Shown here piece after piece: positions 40,949 through 53,911 of a stretch of DNA of 64,000 nt. The stretch is from Octopus vulgaris (taxonomy: Eukaryota). The DNA lies in NCBI GenBank assembly GCA_951406725.2, contig OX597831.1, forward strand, positions 63,302,001 through 63,366,000, given 5' to 3'. The notes below the pieces were generated by a model. It searched no databases, was not told the DNA's origin, and was given only the letters and a program-made list of their open reading frames with translations. The number at the start of each line of letters is the position of its first letter. The stretch's first letter is position 1. The position numbers and the translations under genes are program-made.

Positions 40949-41166
40949 AAGTGTGGGTGCGAATTCTTGGCGTTGGGCAAAAGAAAATACAGGAAGATCA
41001 GTTAATTATGGTTTTATTCAACATCTTCCCCTTTCAGATTCACACACTTATTGCAGAAGTCCTTCAGTTTTTCGAAGCCCTGTAAAAGAACTCGGAAGGT
41101 TGGGCTTCCAGCCAGGTCTTTGGCGATACCCTTAAAGCCAGGAACATTCCAGCACCCCTTCGTATA
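40949..41166. mobile_element. Mariner-type MITE (second copy at ~61285-61480)
   Basis: Right end ccagcaccccttcgta|ta (reverse complement TACGAAGGGGTGCTG); internal sequence shared with 61298-61476. Confidence 0.7.
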
Positions 41167-41502
41167 TCTAATATCCATGTTCATTTCAGAGAAATCCTCC
41201 GCAAAGTTTTCCCCTCAACTTCCATATGTTTATATACTTTTTGTACTTCATACACTCTCATCCTCGTAACAAGACTACACATGACGTCGTAACAAGACTA
41301 TACATGACGTCGTACATGAATGCCGTCAAAATACAGGTCTGATCTGAGACACCCTTCGGTCATGACTGACCATGAGATTGCACCTAGAAAGTTATCCTCC
41401 CAAGTACAAGTCCACACAAGGTTGTTTTATGGAAGACCAGCAGTCGCCCATGCATACCGGCCTCTCCTCTCCAGGTCACCAGTGTTATCCAAGGGAAAGG
41501 TA

Positions 41503-41645
41503 AGTGAACTCCACTGAGTGAAATGGAGCAATGTGAAATAAAGTGTCTTGCTCAAGAACACAAGACGCAGCCCGGTCCGGGATTCAAACTCACAACCTCA
41601 CGATCGTAAGCTCGACGCTCTAACCACTGAACCATGAGCCTTCAC
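41503..41645 (-). mobile_element. SINE family D head
   Basis: Reverse complement of 24614-24735. Confidence 0.85.
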
Positions 41646-41978
41646 ACCGGTCTGATAATATGTAAATAAGCATGCCGCGTAAATATCTTTATTTCTCTGC
41701 CGTTTAGTTTCTCTTCGACAATTTTGATCTCAACATTTATTCCAGTATTTAATCTTGTCAGTTCCTTATTTTTTTCTCTTTCTTACTTTCTTTCTTCCTT
41801 CCTGCCTTTCTTTCTTTCTTCCTTCCTGCAGTTCTTCCTTCTTTCCTTTCTTTCTTTCTTTCTTTCTTCCTTCCTTCCTTCCTTTCTTTCTTTCTAAATA
41901 CTAAATATAGATTATTTCCGCATCTTTTCATAAATTGTCTATAATTTTCTTTATTCTTTTCCTTTTAGTTTTTTATCG

Positions 41979-42170
41979 TTTACTTGCTTCTGTCGTTAGA
42001 CTGCGGCCATGCTGGAGCACCGCCTTGAGGAATTTTAGCCGAACGAATCGACCCCAATACCTTTTTAAAGCCTGGTACTTATTCCATCGACATATTTTGC
42101 CGAATCGCTAGGTTACGGGGATGTAAACACACCAACATCGGTTGTCAAGTAGTGCTAGGAGGACAAACAA
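41979..42170 (-). mobile_element. SINE family B 3' half
   Basis: gactgcggccatgctggagcaccgcc...gctaggttacggggatgtaaacac. Confidence 0.85.
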
Positions 42171-43503
42171 GACAAAGATAATCTATTCCTATACGAATTT
42201 ATGGGGTTTTCCGTTCTGCTTTCTCTTATTTATGCAGTTATGCAAACTTGTCTCAAAATACTGTATGCATTTCATTTTGAAATTTTGCACTATTATAATT
42301 TTTGCGAGAGTAGGTGAGAACTGCAATGTACTATTAACATGAAATTATTTACTCACATTGAATCAGCATTCTTTCTTTTTTGCTATACTTCGGGATTCTA
42401 GGCTATCTTAGCATTGCTTTTCGTACTTTCTTGTATGTCTTTGTGGTTGTGCTCCTGGGCTTCCAATATTTTTCACTTTTAATCTCAGTGTCAAATTATA
42501 ATTTCTATTTTTTTAATCATTTGAATTTAGCTCATTCCTTTTTATACTTTAATCCCTTAAACACTGAACCCACGATGTAGACATAATCCTCTAATCACTT
42601 GATTCTTCTTAAAAACATAGCTTCCTTTAATTTACTGTACAGATCTTATCTTAATATCCCTATGTTACATTTTAACAAACTGACACATATGTCATTATAT
42701 AACTTGAAACAAAAAAGAAAAATGTACTTATATATGGGTGTCTGTGTACCTGTGTGCGTTTAACTGTGCATGTGTGTGTCTACGTGAGTGTGTACCATTT
42801 GTTGCATATATTGATGCTTTTCCAACTATAGTTAACTTATTTTCAATTTTGAGTACCATTCACATAGATCGGTGCACATTTGAATAATAATGGCTGGTAA
42901 AGAGACCAGTCCTGTAACAGGTTATTATATCGGGAGAAAAGTATGCTATTGAAAGATATGATCTCATGTCGTAAATTTCTCCGCAGGTAATATTAAACCT
43001 TTGTAGAATGACCAGACAGAAATCTAACTTATCATCTGAGAAATTTGGACGTTTTGCTACGACCTTCAAGGTCAGCCAACAGATTACTTTAAATAAAATG
43101 TTCCGGCTGTATGAGACATTTGCACTGTTTAGACTTGGCAGACATTTTTCTTAGTAAAACACGGACCGCTATGCCAAAGATATCAGCTAATTCTTAATCG
43201 AATAACTTACCATTTTCTTATACATTTATGAATACAGTCGTGTAATATATATTTCAATGTGTATATGTGTTCGTGTCAATGTCACCATAAATTATGAGGA
43301 CTTTGCTGTATGTATGGGTCAGTACATCCGTTGCCAGTATAAAGTTTGTGTTCAACTTCCATAATAATGAAAAAGCATAATTCATCGAATATTTTGATAG
43401 TCTTTTTAAAAGCAGCCATATATGTGTCGGCTTCTATTTATGTGTGCATGCACATATATGTGTGTCTTTTGTGCACATATATGTGTGTCTTTTGTGCACA
43501 TAA

Positions 43504-43562
<59 letters not shown>

Positions 43563-43587
43563 TATATATATATATATATATATATAA

Positions 43588-43618
<31 letters not shown>

Positions 43619-43619
43619 A

Positions 43620-43659
<40 letters not shown>

Positions 43660-44491
43660 ACATACATATATATATATATACATACATGCATACATTTATA
43701 TTCATTTAAATATACGCACACGTGCGTTGCCACACCGACACATACTTCTAACAAAGACTAACAGAATCTTCGATGAGTTAAGATTTTCGCATTCTTATAG
43801 TTCCAGATCTAAGTATATGTATATAATTATATGTGTGCATATGTGTATGTATATGCGTTGTGGATATATATGTGTATATATGCGTATGTGTAGCTATATA
43901 TATATATATATATACAAATACACACACAGACATATATACATATTCTTTTACTTGTTACAGTTATTTGACTATGGCCATGCTGGATCACCGCCTTTAGTTG
44001 AATAAATCGATCCCAGGACTTACACACACACACACACACATACATATATTAAGAACGTGACATATTGCAGTGAAATAAGTGGCAAAATACAGCAAGAAGG
44101 GGAAAAGTGGAATATGGTTCATTGTTAATGGCGACTAGTTAACAAATTCTTCCTGTTTCGGTTTTTAAGTGTTTCTATTTACAAGTTGCGAACTAAATCT
44201 AAGTAAAATCAGTTCAAAACTTGCGAACAGATTCACTCAGATTTTATACAGAATTAATTCTGTAAATTATTATTAAGTTAAATATTGTATACAGATTCTT
44301 CGGACAAAATTTGGCGATTTTTTCCTTTTTTTTTCTGTTCAGGAGCAGTTTTATGCATTGCTGAACAGTCAACAGCGTCGGAGAGCATAAAGTTAGCTGA
44401 CACGGTGGATTGGAAGCCATCTGAATATAGGAAAAGTGTTGCTCGAATCACGTTGATTCGCGCCGGGTATCTAAATCCCAGCACCACTGCT

Positions 44492-44752
44492 GCTTGTTTG
44501 TGTGTTTGTTTGTTGAGTGAAGCGGTCTTCGTCCCTTGGGAGAAGCCCGAAACGAGATCCTTTGCTATTCGTAAGACCCGCAGAAGAGAAAGCAGGTCAA
44601 CCCCCGACACCGAGAGCATCGACAGATGGATGAATGCGCATCCAGGCTCAGCGTTTGCGTAGAAAGTCGGACAGGAAGAGAGAGTGAGAGAAAGTTGGGG
44701 CGAAATAGTACAACAGGGGTCGCCACCACCCCCTGCCGGAGCCTCGTGGAGC
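44492..44752 (-). mobile_element. SINE family C variant with an alternative tail
   Basis: 44669-44752 matches the family C body; 44492-44668 differs from the tails of the other copies. Confidence 0.65.
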
Positions 44753-44929
44753 ACCACTGCTGCTCGGTGCTCTGTGAACAAAGACTGTTAAACCTGACAG
44801 GGGCAGCTGCAACGGAGATTACGAAACCGTGACCAGCAGGTAGAGATACAGCAGGTGTCCTGACTGCCTCCGCGCTCCTATGTTTATCCCCATATTTATG
44901 GTCATTGTCTTAGGATCAATTCATTCCGC

Positions 44930-45402
44930 TACGTGATGTTGCCGAAGATGGTTGCTGCTGTGAAGGTCATATGTGTGGCAGCAGGATTCATTTTCTTGCC
45001 ATCCTTCCGGAACCAGTCAAAAGTGGCTATCGGAGTATTTCTATCTCTTTAACAGCCCTTATTTCTGGCTTCCTAATTACCCCAATTCTAATTCCATGTA
45101 TTACAATGTGTGGGACGTGGTTGAGAAAGACACCAACAGCTCTGCCTGCAATACCGAAGCCGAGCTGGTAGATAAGATCGACAAAGTATGCAAAAATCTT
45201 CCCATAGACACAATGAGGTGCGCTTGCGTCAGATCCCGGAGTCGAACTGAGGCCATGGTGGAAGCTAAAGCAGATGTTGTGAATAAAGAAGGTATAATCT
45301 AGTTGAAATTTTTTGATTTTTAAGATATTTTAATTTTTTTAATGGGAATTTGCTTTCTATTCCTTTAATGCAAACAGTCAAATTTAGCCTGAACACCCTG
45401 TA
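44930..45402 (+). mobile_element. Tc1/mariner DD37D (maT-like) transposase C-terminal relic plus right TIR
   Basis: WQQDS..H...W.PN.P..N.MYY: 37 residues lie between the second D and the mutated third D; end aaatttagcctgaacaccctg|ta. Confidence 0.8.
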
Positions 45403-45474
45403 TATTTATATAAATTCAGTTGCTCACTGAATTTATATATATATACATATACTAGTTGACTACATTCACACGCC

Positions 45475-45927
<453 letters not shown>

Positions 45928-46369
45928 TTTTGTTCAACATGTACAAATATGCATGTATTCATCATTATTTTATTTATTTTATTCAATTTTGTGTGTGCGC
46001 GCGTATTTGTAGTGGTGCACGTGTCTGTGTGGGTAGCCATGATGAATTTAAAACTTTGACCATAACAAATGGTGATACAAAATATGTCCGAGTCTTGTGT
46101 GTCTCTCATTAACTATCACCAGTCTGTTTTGATATTACGCAACTTGAAATATTGGTTAGCCAAATGTGAATCGATTGTAGGTTGTGAGATCAGCCAGATA
46201 ACAGATAGAAAGCTTATGAAAAGTCATATTTGTTGTCAAAGAGGGATTCTTAGAAAAGCTTTTTCTCTCTTGTTCAAGATACAGTCACACAACGGCTAAG
46301 ACAGTTAGTTGCATTGCACCGAGATGACAATGATAAACACAGTTGTTCTAGTTATATTTGTCCTTATCA

Positions 46370-46942
46370 AGGCGGCGAGCTGGCAGAATCGTTAGCACGC
46401 CGGGTGGTATTTCATCTGCTGTTACGTTCTGAGTTCAAATTCCGCCGAGGTCGACTTTGCCTTTCATCTTTTCATGGTCGATAAATTAAGTACCAGTTAC
46501 GCACTGGATCGATGTAATCGACTTAATCCGTCTGTCTGTCCTTGTTTGTCCTCTCTGTGTTTAGCCCCTTGTGGGTAGTAAAGAAATAGGTATTTCGTCC
46601 ACCGTTACGTTCTGAGTTCAAATTCCGCTGAGGTCGACTTTGCCTTTCATCCTTTCGGGTTCGATTAAATAAGTACCAGTTACGCTCTGGGGTCAATATG
46701 ATCGACTTAATCCGTTTGTCTTCTCTGTGTTTAGCCTCTTGTGGGTAGTAAAGAAATAGGTATTTCGTCTGCCGTTACGTTCTGAGTTCAAATTCCACCG
46801 AGGTCGACTTTGCCTTTCATCCTTTCGGGGTCGATTAAATAAGTACCAGTTACGCACTGGGTCGATGTAATCAACTTAATCCGTTTGTCTGTCCTTGTTT
46901 GTCTTCTCCGTGTTTAGCCCCTTGTGGGTAGTAAAGAAATAC
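46370..46942 (+). mobile_element. SINE family A trimer with a single 16-bp TSD
   Basis: atatttgtccttatca at 46354-46369 and 46943-46958; one head plus three body units. Confidence 0.93.
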
Positions 46943-47610
46943 ATATTTGTCCTTATCATAATATACTACATCGCGGGGCTGCTTTCTTAGCTGTCTTTCA
47001 AAAATTGAACATATTATAAAAATCATGTGACACTGGAATTATTTTAAGACAAATACAGTTGTATCTAACTGAATACATGCAATCTGTATGTTTACTCTCA
47101 AATATTCGATATTATTAGGCCATGTAATAATGAAGTTACAATATGTAAAAATATGCTGCAGAAAACGCTTTTGCACTTTCATAATTTCAATCGTTTTGTA
47201 CTGTCATAATTTTGCACATTTATACATTCATAGATGTGCTTACTGCGTTTGCTAGCTCAATACTTAACACATATTTTGTTGGATTCATCTCTCACTGCGA
47301 TGCTTTCGTTATGGAACTGTCCCTGAGATCATTTTCCCTCGGTGCCATATAGGATGAGTAAGTATATTTCAGTCGATTAAAGCGTAAACCGAATACATAT
47401 AATTATACGCTATATCACGTATTGAGTATTTCTTCCTTTTGTTATAAACAACGGACGTGTGTATGTATGTTTGCGAGTATGTTCGTTTGAAGGATCCCTA
47501 AATTTTACAAGTACTTCTGAGGCAAAATTTTAAATTTTTTATACAATCCTTCTCTCTCTCTCTCTTTCTCTTTTACGTGTTTCAGTCATTTCAATAATAT
47601 CAAGAATTAT

Positions 47611-47663
47611 AACAAAAGCTGTTACTCAGAGTTTCACGTTCCCGTTCGTCGAACAGTTTTGTT
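47611..47663 (-). ncRNA. Minimal hammerhead motif, same family as 17670, core mutated
   Basis: aacaaaactgt-TCGACGA-acgggaacgt-GAAA-ctctgag-TA-acagcttttgtt. Confidence 0.7.
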
Positions 47664-48666
47664 AAAATAGAACAGAAATAACGATATGATCAAAACTAGT
47701 TAAAGGTAACACCTTTAAAAATGGATTTGTTTCATTGGTTCTTTCAATTAACGGTCTTAAGCATACAATGAACAAAATAAACAAAATAAATGAATTCAAT
47801 ATAAATTTATACTATTATTAAAATCCAGGAAAACCTTAACTTGAAAAGCGGATTCAAAATACATATTGTAAATAATTATATACGAAATATAATTTAATTA
47901 ATACATTAAAATTAAAATCAAAATTTACACGCTGCATTACATAATGTTTTTGCAACAGTATATACTCATACTAAACCATCAATATACATATATACATCAG
48001 AATACACATAGACTACATACATATACACGCATCCTTTGGACTAAATTAAATTTGGACATGGAGTTTAAGGTGCTACTCTGGTTTTTAAAAATTAAATTTG
48101 TTTGATTACGTGGATGTATTAATGTTGATATCCATATAACAAAAATGTAAACATTATGAAATCCAATATGCATATAACAGACACTTATATTTTGTGGACC
48201 TAACCCAGCTTAAACATATAATTCGGATTGAACTTTTTGGATTTTAAAATTAAACTTGTTCGCGTTACGTGGATGCGTTAAGTAATATCTAGAATATATT
48301 TGTATGATTAATATATTCATACGCAAATATTTTGTTTGAGCATATGTATATATATATATGTGTATGTGTGAATATTTATACTTCGTACCATGTTTCATGA
48401 ATTTTTGTTATGTTAGTATACATGAACATAGTGCGCATTTTCTGTTTAGTATTATCGTTAAAGCAATAATAATGTTGGTACTGTTAAACGCGGTAGTATA
48501 TATACATTAGAATACATTTACTTGACTATATGACGCATAATATACCCAATGTAATGTAATATATTGTTCAATGTTGTTCTTTATGTATTTTGCGCACGTG
48601 AATAGTATGTACGATTCACCTATGTATGTATATGTATATGTTTTATATGTAGATATGTGTTTATGT

Positions 48667-48712
<46 letters not shown>

Positions 48713-48716
<4 letters not shown>

Positions 48717-48844
48717 GTAAAATGAAATGTGACAATTATTCAATAGCCAAGATAAAACTCTGAGTTTCGGATGCCGAGGTAGGAATCCACATCACCATCT
48801 CTTCGGCTATCTGGCTTTTGAATAATTGTCACATTTTTACAGAT
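48713..48844 (-). ncRNA. Hammerhead motif whose stem I is a ~40-bp hairpin
   Basis: agatag-CCGAAGA-gatg...catcc-GAAA-ctcagag-TT-ttatct; arms atctgtaaaa..aatgtgacaattattcaa paired with ttgaataattgtcacatttttacagat. Confidence 0.7.
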
Positions 48845-49044
48845 AAATTTCCTCTATTTACACAATATTGAGGTCTCTTTCTTTCTTTTGTTATCTTACC
48901 GTTTTTACCAGTACATATATATATATATATGTGTATGTATTTTGGATATTTGTCTTATTATTTATTTATTTGTTTGTATTGGATAATAAGTGAAGCATGT
49001 TTTGTATATCAATATTATTATTATACTTTTTCAAGTTAATTATA

Positions 49045-49177
49045 TCCCCTGACGAGGCCTTTGGTTATTTTAACATACAAGTACAATTTTTAATGCCTAA
49101 AACCATAATACACTGACATCTATAGGCAATATAAGTTGAATTGACTCTTGACCATAGGCTGAAACAGCTGTAAGGAG
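49045..49177 (+). ncRNA. Type I hammerhead motif, long stem II, stem III ACAGCTGT
   Basis: tccc-CTGACGA-ggcctttggtta...tgaccataggct-GAAA-cagctg-TA-agga. Confidence 0.75.
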
Positions 49178-49707
49178 CAGGTTATTTGTATTATTCTTAT
49201 TATTATATTACATATTGATGTATATTGTTTTGTTCGATTTTGATGTTCCCATTTGTATAATTAATAAATAATGAGAAGTTGTAATATCCGTAGGCTGATG
49301 AACGAAATGAATTTGCTTCTCCATTTTCTTATTTGTATTATGAATTTACGGTACAAATATTTTTTACCTTCACCCATTTAATACAATAAATGAATTAATT
49401 ACATTGCAATTAAAAGCATTTATGTATTTAGTATTTTGGTACCTTACCACCAGTATGTTGGATAACTGATATCCCACAGTGGGTTCCTTTCATAACCCCT
49501 ATCTTACTTTGTACTATATCTATATCTATATATATATATATATATATATATGCACGTCCAAAATAAAAGTGCCTATACATTTTTAATATTATAATGTAAG
49601 TGCAATATTATCAAGATTATCCTATTTGCATCGGCACACAAAATTCTATGTATATAAGTAGCAAATTTTCTTCCTTTCCAATTTCTGAGCCTAATTATAC
49701 ATATATA

Positions 49708-49778
<71 letters not shown>

Positions 49779-50720
49779 GTGTGTGTTTATATGTGTGCAT
49801 GTGTATACATATATGCGTGTATATGTATTTGTATATGTATACAGATATATATAATATATATAGATATACATATATACATATAAACGCATATATGCATATA
49901 TATATACATATATATGTATAGGAATATACAAACTTGTCTAGCATTTGAATGCCAAAAGGCATTTACATACTAGACGTGTTTGTGTGTACGTGCGTATGTA
50001 TATGTATGTATGCGTCTACCTACCTATGTATGTTTGTATGTATGTATAATATATGTATGTATGTGATATATAGCATGAGCAGTAGTTGTATCAAGTATTA
50101 GTATCTTATATCTTGTCTTTTTGTTTTTGTTTTGGGGATTTTCTTTTTGTCTTCTTTGCAAATATTTTATTCAAATACGTAGATATTCTTCTCAAAGTTT
50201 CAACAGTGAAAAATAAATATCCAGCAGCCGCAGGGCTTCATGAAATATCAACATTATCTGGTATTTCATTGAAATATTCTCCTAAAGTTTTTTTTTTCTT
50301 GAGAATATAGCAACAAGCAGCTTGCATTTGTTATTAATCCCGATTTTAGAAGAATATATCCTATATATTTATATTTGACACAGTATCTGCTTCACCATAT
50401 CTAAATACCGTTTCCCTTCAGATGTATATAGATGTGCACACTTTCACACGTACACACACACATACACAAACACACACATACGCACACACACACACACGCA
50501 CACACACACACGGATACACACGGACACACACATACACACATCGGGAGAGGTTATATCAGTGTAGGGCTGATGAGAATGTGTTTGCAGAATACAAGGAAGA
50601 AAAAGGGGTGAAACTTTTAATTACGATACTAAAACTTCAATGAAATATGTATTATGCATCCAATACGTACATACATGCATATATATATACATACATATAT
50701 ATATATAAATACATACATAC

Positions 50721-50764
<44 letters not shown>

Positions 50765-50768
<4 letters not shown>

Positions 50769-52432
50769 ATAAATATTAGGGAATAAATCCAAAATTACAG
50801 GAAAAAATCAGATTTAGGATTAAATCCAATTTTATAGTAAAATATTATAAAATATTATTAGAGACAAATCCACTATTTTGTAAAACAAACAAGGAAAGAC
50901 TTAATCAATACATAAAATTTTAATAAATAGTCAAAAAAACCGCCACTACAATCGTTTCTTGTCTTGATCGACAATCTTCAGGTGGACTTCAATCTAAAAT
51001 ATCAATATTTTAAAATATACAAATAATAATTTTAAAATAATTAAAGTATGAATGAAAAAATATAAATATATAATCCATATATAACCTATATATAATCCAT
51101 ATATAATCAATATATAAACAATATATAAACTAAAATAAACCTATCAACAATTAAATATAAAATATAAAATATAAAATATAAAATATAAAATATAAAACAA
51201 AACAAAAAAATAATAATAATATAATAATAAACTATATATACACCCATACACATATACCTAATTATATATAACCATATCTAACTACATACACTAAACCACA
51301 CACCTATATATATATCCCTATACATACACATAAAAACGTCTAGGCAACTATAAATAAATAAAATAGCTAAATACTTCAACACAATACTTATTCATACTCC
51401 CACACACACACACATACAACCCACATTCACGCTCTAGAAAACGGACATCACTCAAAACTATGAACGGAGAAATGGAATAAATGGAATTAAAAATTATATT
51501 CACTTGGTAAAACGAACACTACTTAAAAATTATGAATGAAACAATGCAATAAAACAACAGACATCGCAAATATACACAAATTACTACGAATTCCTTAACA
51601 AACCTACCATGATAAACCAAAACTCACAAAAACATATAATGATAAAATCTCCCTTTACTAAACTCTATAACATACCTATATAGCAATCCCCCTAACCTAA
51701 ACATTCACACACAAATACACACACGTAAACCACACACCCACGACATATACAAATACTCACACCACTTACACATACCAATACATACATATAAACCTCAACA
51801 TATACTCCAAAAACCCACTCAACCCCACACAGACAAATAAACACAAAAATTATGAATGGATTCTTTTATAAAACTACCATGATAAGCTAAAACTCACAAA
51901 ACAGAAATGATAAAACCTCCCTTTACTAAACACTATAACATACTTATATAGCAATCCCTTTAACCTATATATTCACACACAAAAACACACATGTAAACCA
52001 CACACCCATAACAAATACAAACACCCACCCCACTCACACACACCCACAAGTACATATAAGCCTCAACATATACACGAACAAAATTACTTTACCAAGGAAC
52101 TTAACAATGTATAAAAAGTATAACCGCTCCGGAAACGAACATCTCTAAATTAATGAATGGAGAAATGGAATAAATGGAATAAAAAATAATATTCACGTGG
52201 CAAAACGAACACCACTCAAAAATTATGAATGAAACAATGCAATAAAACAACCAACATCGAAAATAGACAAATTACCACGAATTCCCTAAAAAAACCATGA
52301 TAAACCAAAACTCTTAAAAACATATAACGATAAAATCTCCCTATGCTAAACTCTATAACAAACCTATATAGCAATCCCCCTAACCTAAACATTCACACAC
52401 AAATACACACACGTAAACCACAGACCCACGAC
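50765..52432 (-). mobile_element. ~1.7-kb non-coding hammerhead-bearing element between (TA)n tracts, with internal repeats
   Basis: (TA)n on both sides; hammerhead at 50943-50985; repeats at ~51460-51755, ~51846-52072 and ~52153-52432; end shared with 30090. Confidence 0.72.
50943..50985 (-). ncRNA. Intact minimal type I hammerhead ribozyme motif
   Basis: ccac-CTGAAGA-ttgtc(gatcaa)gacaa-GAAA-cgattg-TA-gtgg; stems I and II fully paired. Confidence 0.88.
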
Positions 52433-52434
52433 TT

Positions 52435-52489
<55 letters not shown>

Positions 52490-52802
52490 CACGCGTCTAG
52501 GTGGCGCTAACTTTCGAAACCGGTACCGAGTTGAATAGCATTTACTTGTTCTGACCCATTTGAGGTAAGACATTATTATTGTTCTCTGATATTTTTTCCT
52601 GTCTTGTCTGTAATAGATTTGTGACTTTTCGGTGATACAGAAGTATTTTTTTACTTCTATCATTAGCGATATAGGTACTCATGTAGTACCCTTGTGTATA
52701 TATGTACATATCTAATATTGTATGTATATATTTTATTAATTTGCCTGTACGGCTAATAATTCACTTACCGCTTGTGATGGTATTTTAATTATACCATCCC
52801 TA

Positions 52803-52856
<54 letters not shown>

Positions 52857-53296
52857 TCGACATACATAATACATATAAATAAGATATAAATATAAATTAA
52901 ATATATAAATAGATATTATATTTGTGTATTTGGTTTCACACAGAATGAAGATTTTATGCATCAAGAAATCTATCAAATTCAAAACACAATGTGATTGGTT
53001 ATAGGAAAAGTAAAATGGAGTGTGTACATGGATGAGGTGTTTATTTGTAACGCTTGATCAGATAAGCATGCAGGAAAGATTAAGGAAAGAATGTCTGGGG
53101 GAAAAGTAGGGTATTAAAAAAAATAGAGTAAGAGGTGCATAAAAGGCTGTAGGGGCAGACTTCACTGACAGAAAATACAGGAGTTCGGTAATTGGTAGAA
53201 TTCAAAGTTTCAATGAAGATACAGATTAATGTATATATATTACGTTTATATATTTGTTTTTAAGATTTTTGATGTGAAATCGTGTGTTGAAACAGA

Positions 53297-53537
53297 TATT
53301 GTTGTATTTAGGAATGGTCATTTTGCCAGTTTAGTAAGGAGAGACACACAAATAAGAAAGAAGAAAGCAAAGGACCACTGATGAGGTCACAGGAGTGTGC
53401 CGAAAGAACTTTGGCCAAAATAAGATTAAGATTCATGTAAAAAAATGAATAACGCTGAAGCAAAGTAACACCAAATATATAGTGCATATGATTTATTGGC
53501 TAAACTGACAAAATGACCATTCCTAAATACAACAATA
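53297..53537. repeat. 38-bp inverted repeat enclosing a hammerhead
   Basis: 53297-53334 versus 53500-53537, one mismatch. Confidence 0.9.
53372..53416 (+). ncRNA. Minimal type I hammerhead motif, intact core
   Basis: ggacca-CTGATGA-ggtcaca(ggag)tgtgcc-GAAA-gaac-TT-tggcc. Confidence 0.78.
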
Positions 53538-53842
53538 ATGTATATATAGTTATTAATCTTCTCCTCCTCTCCCTTTCACTATTTATATATACAGATATGC
53601 GCGCGCGTGTGTGTGTGAGAGAGAGAGAGACTTCGTGTGTTCGTGTGTGTGCGTGTACATTTGTGTGACAGAGAGTACCTTTTTTCTTCTACAGTAAAAC
53701 GTTCAGTATAATTAAGCGGAACGTCATAATTTCTTACTATATCTGCATATATTTTGACTTCTATCATTAGCGATATATATATATATACACGCATATATAT
53801 ATATTTATATATATATACACGCACACACTCATGCCTGCATGC

Positions 53843-53873
<31 letters not shown>

Positions 53874-53911
53874 CATACATACATACATACATACATACAT
53901 ACATACATACA

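Noticed and set aside
49292-49320. CTGATGAacGAAA
   Set aside because: No stem II, III or I
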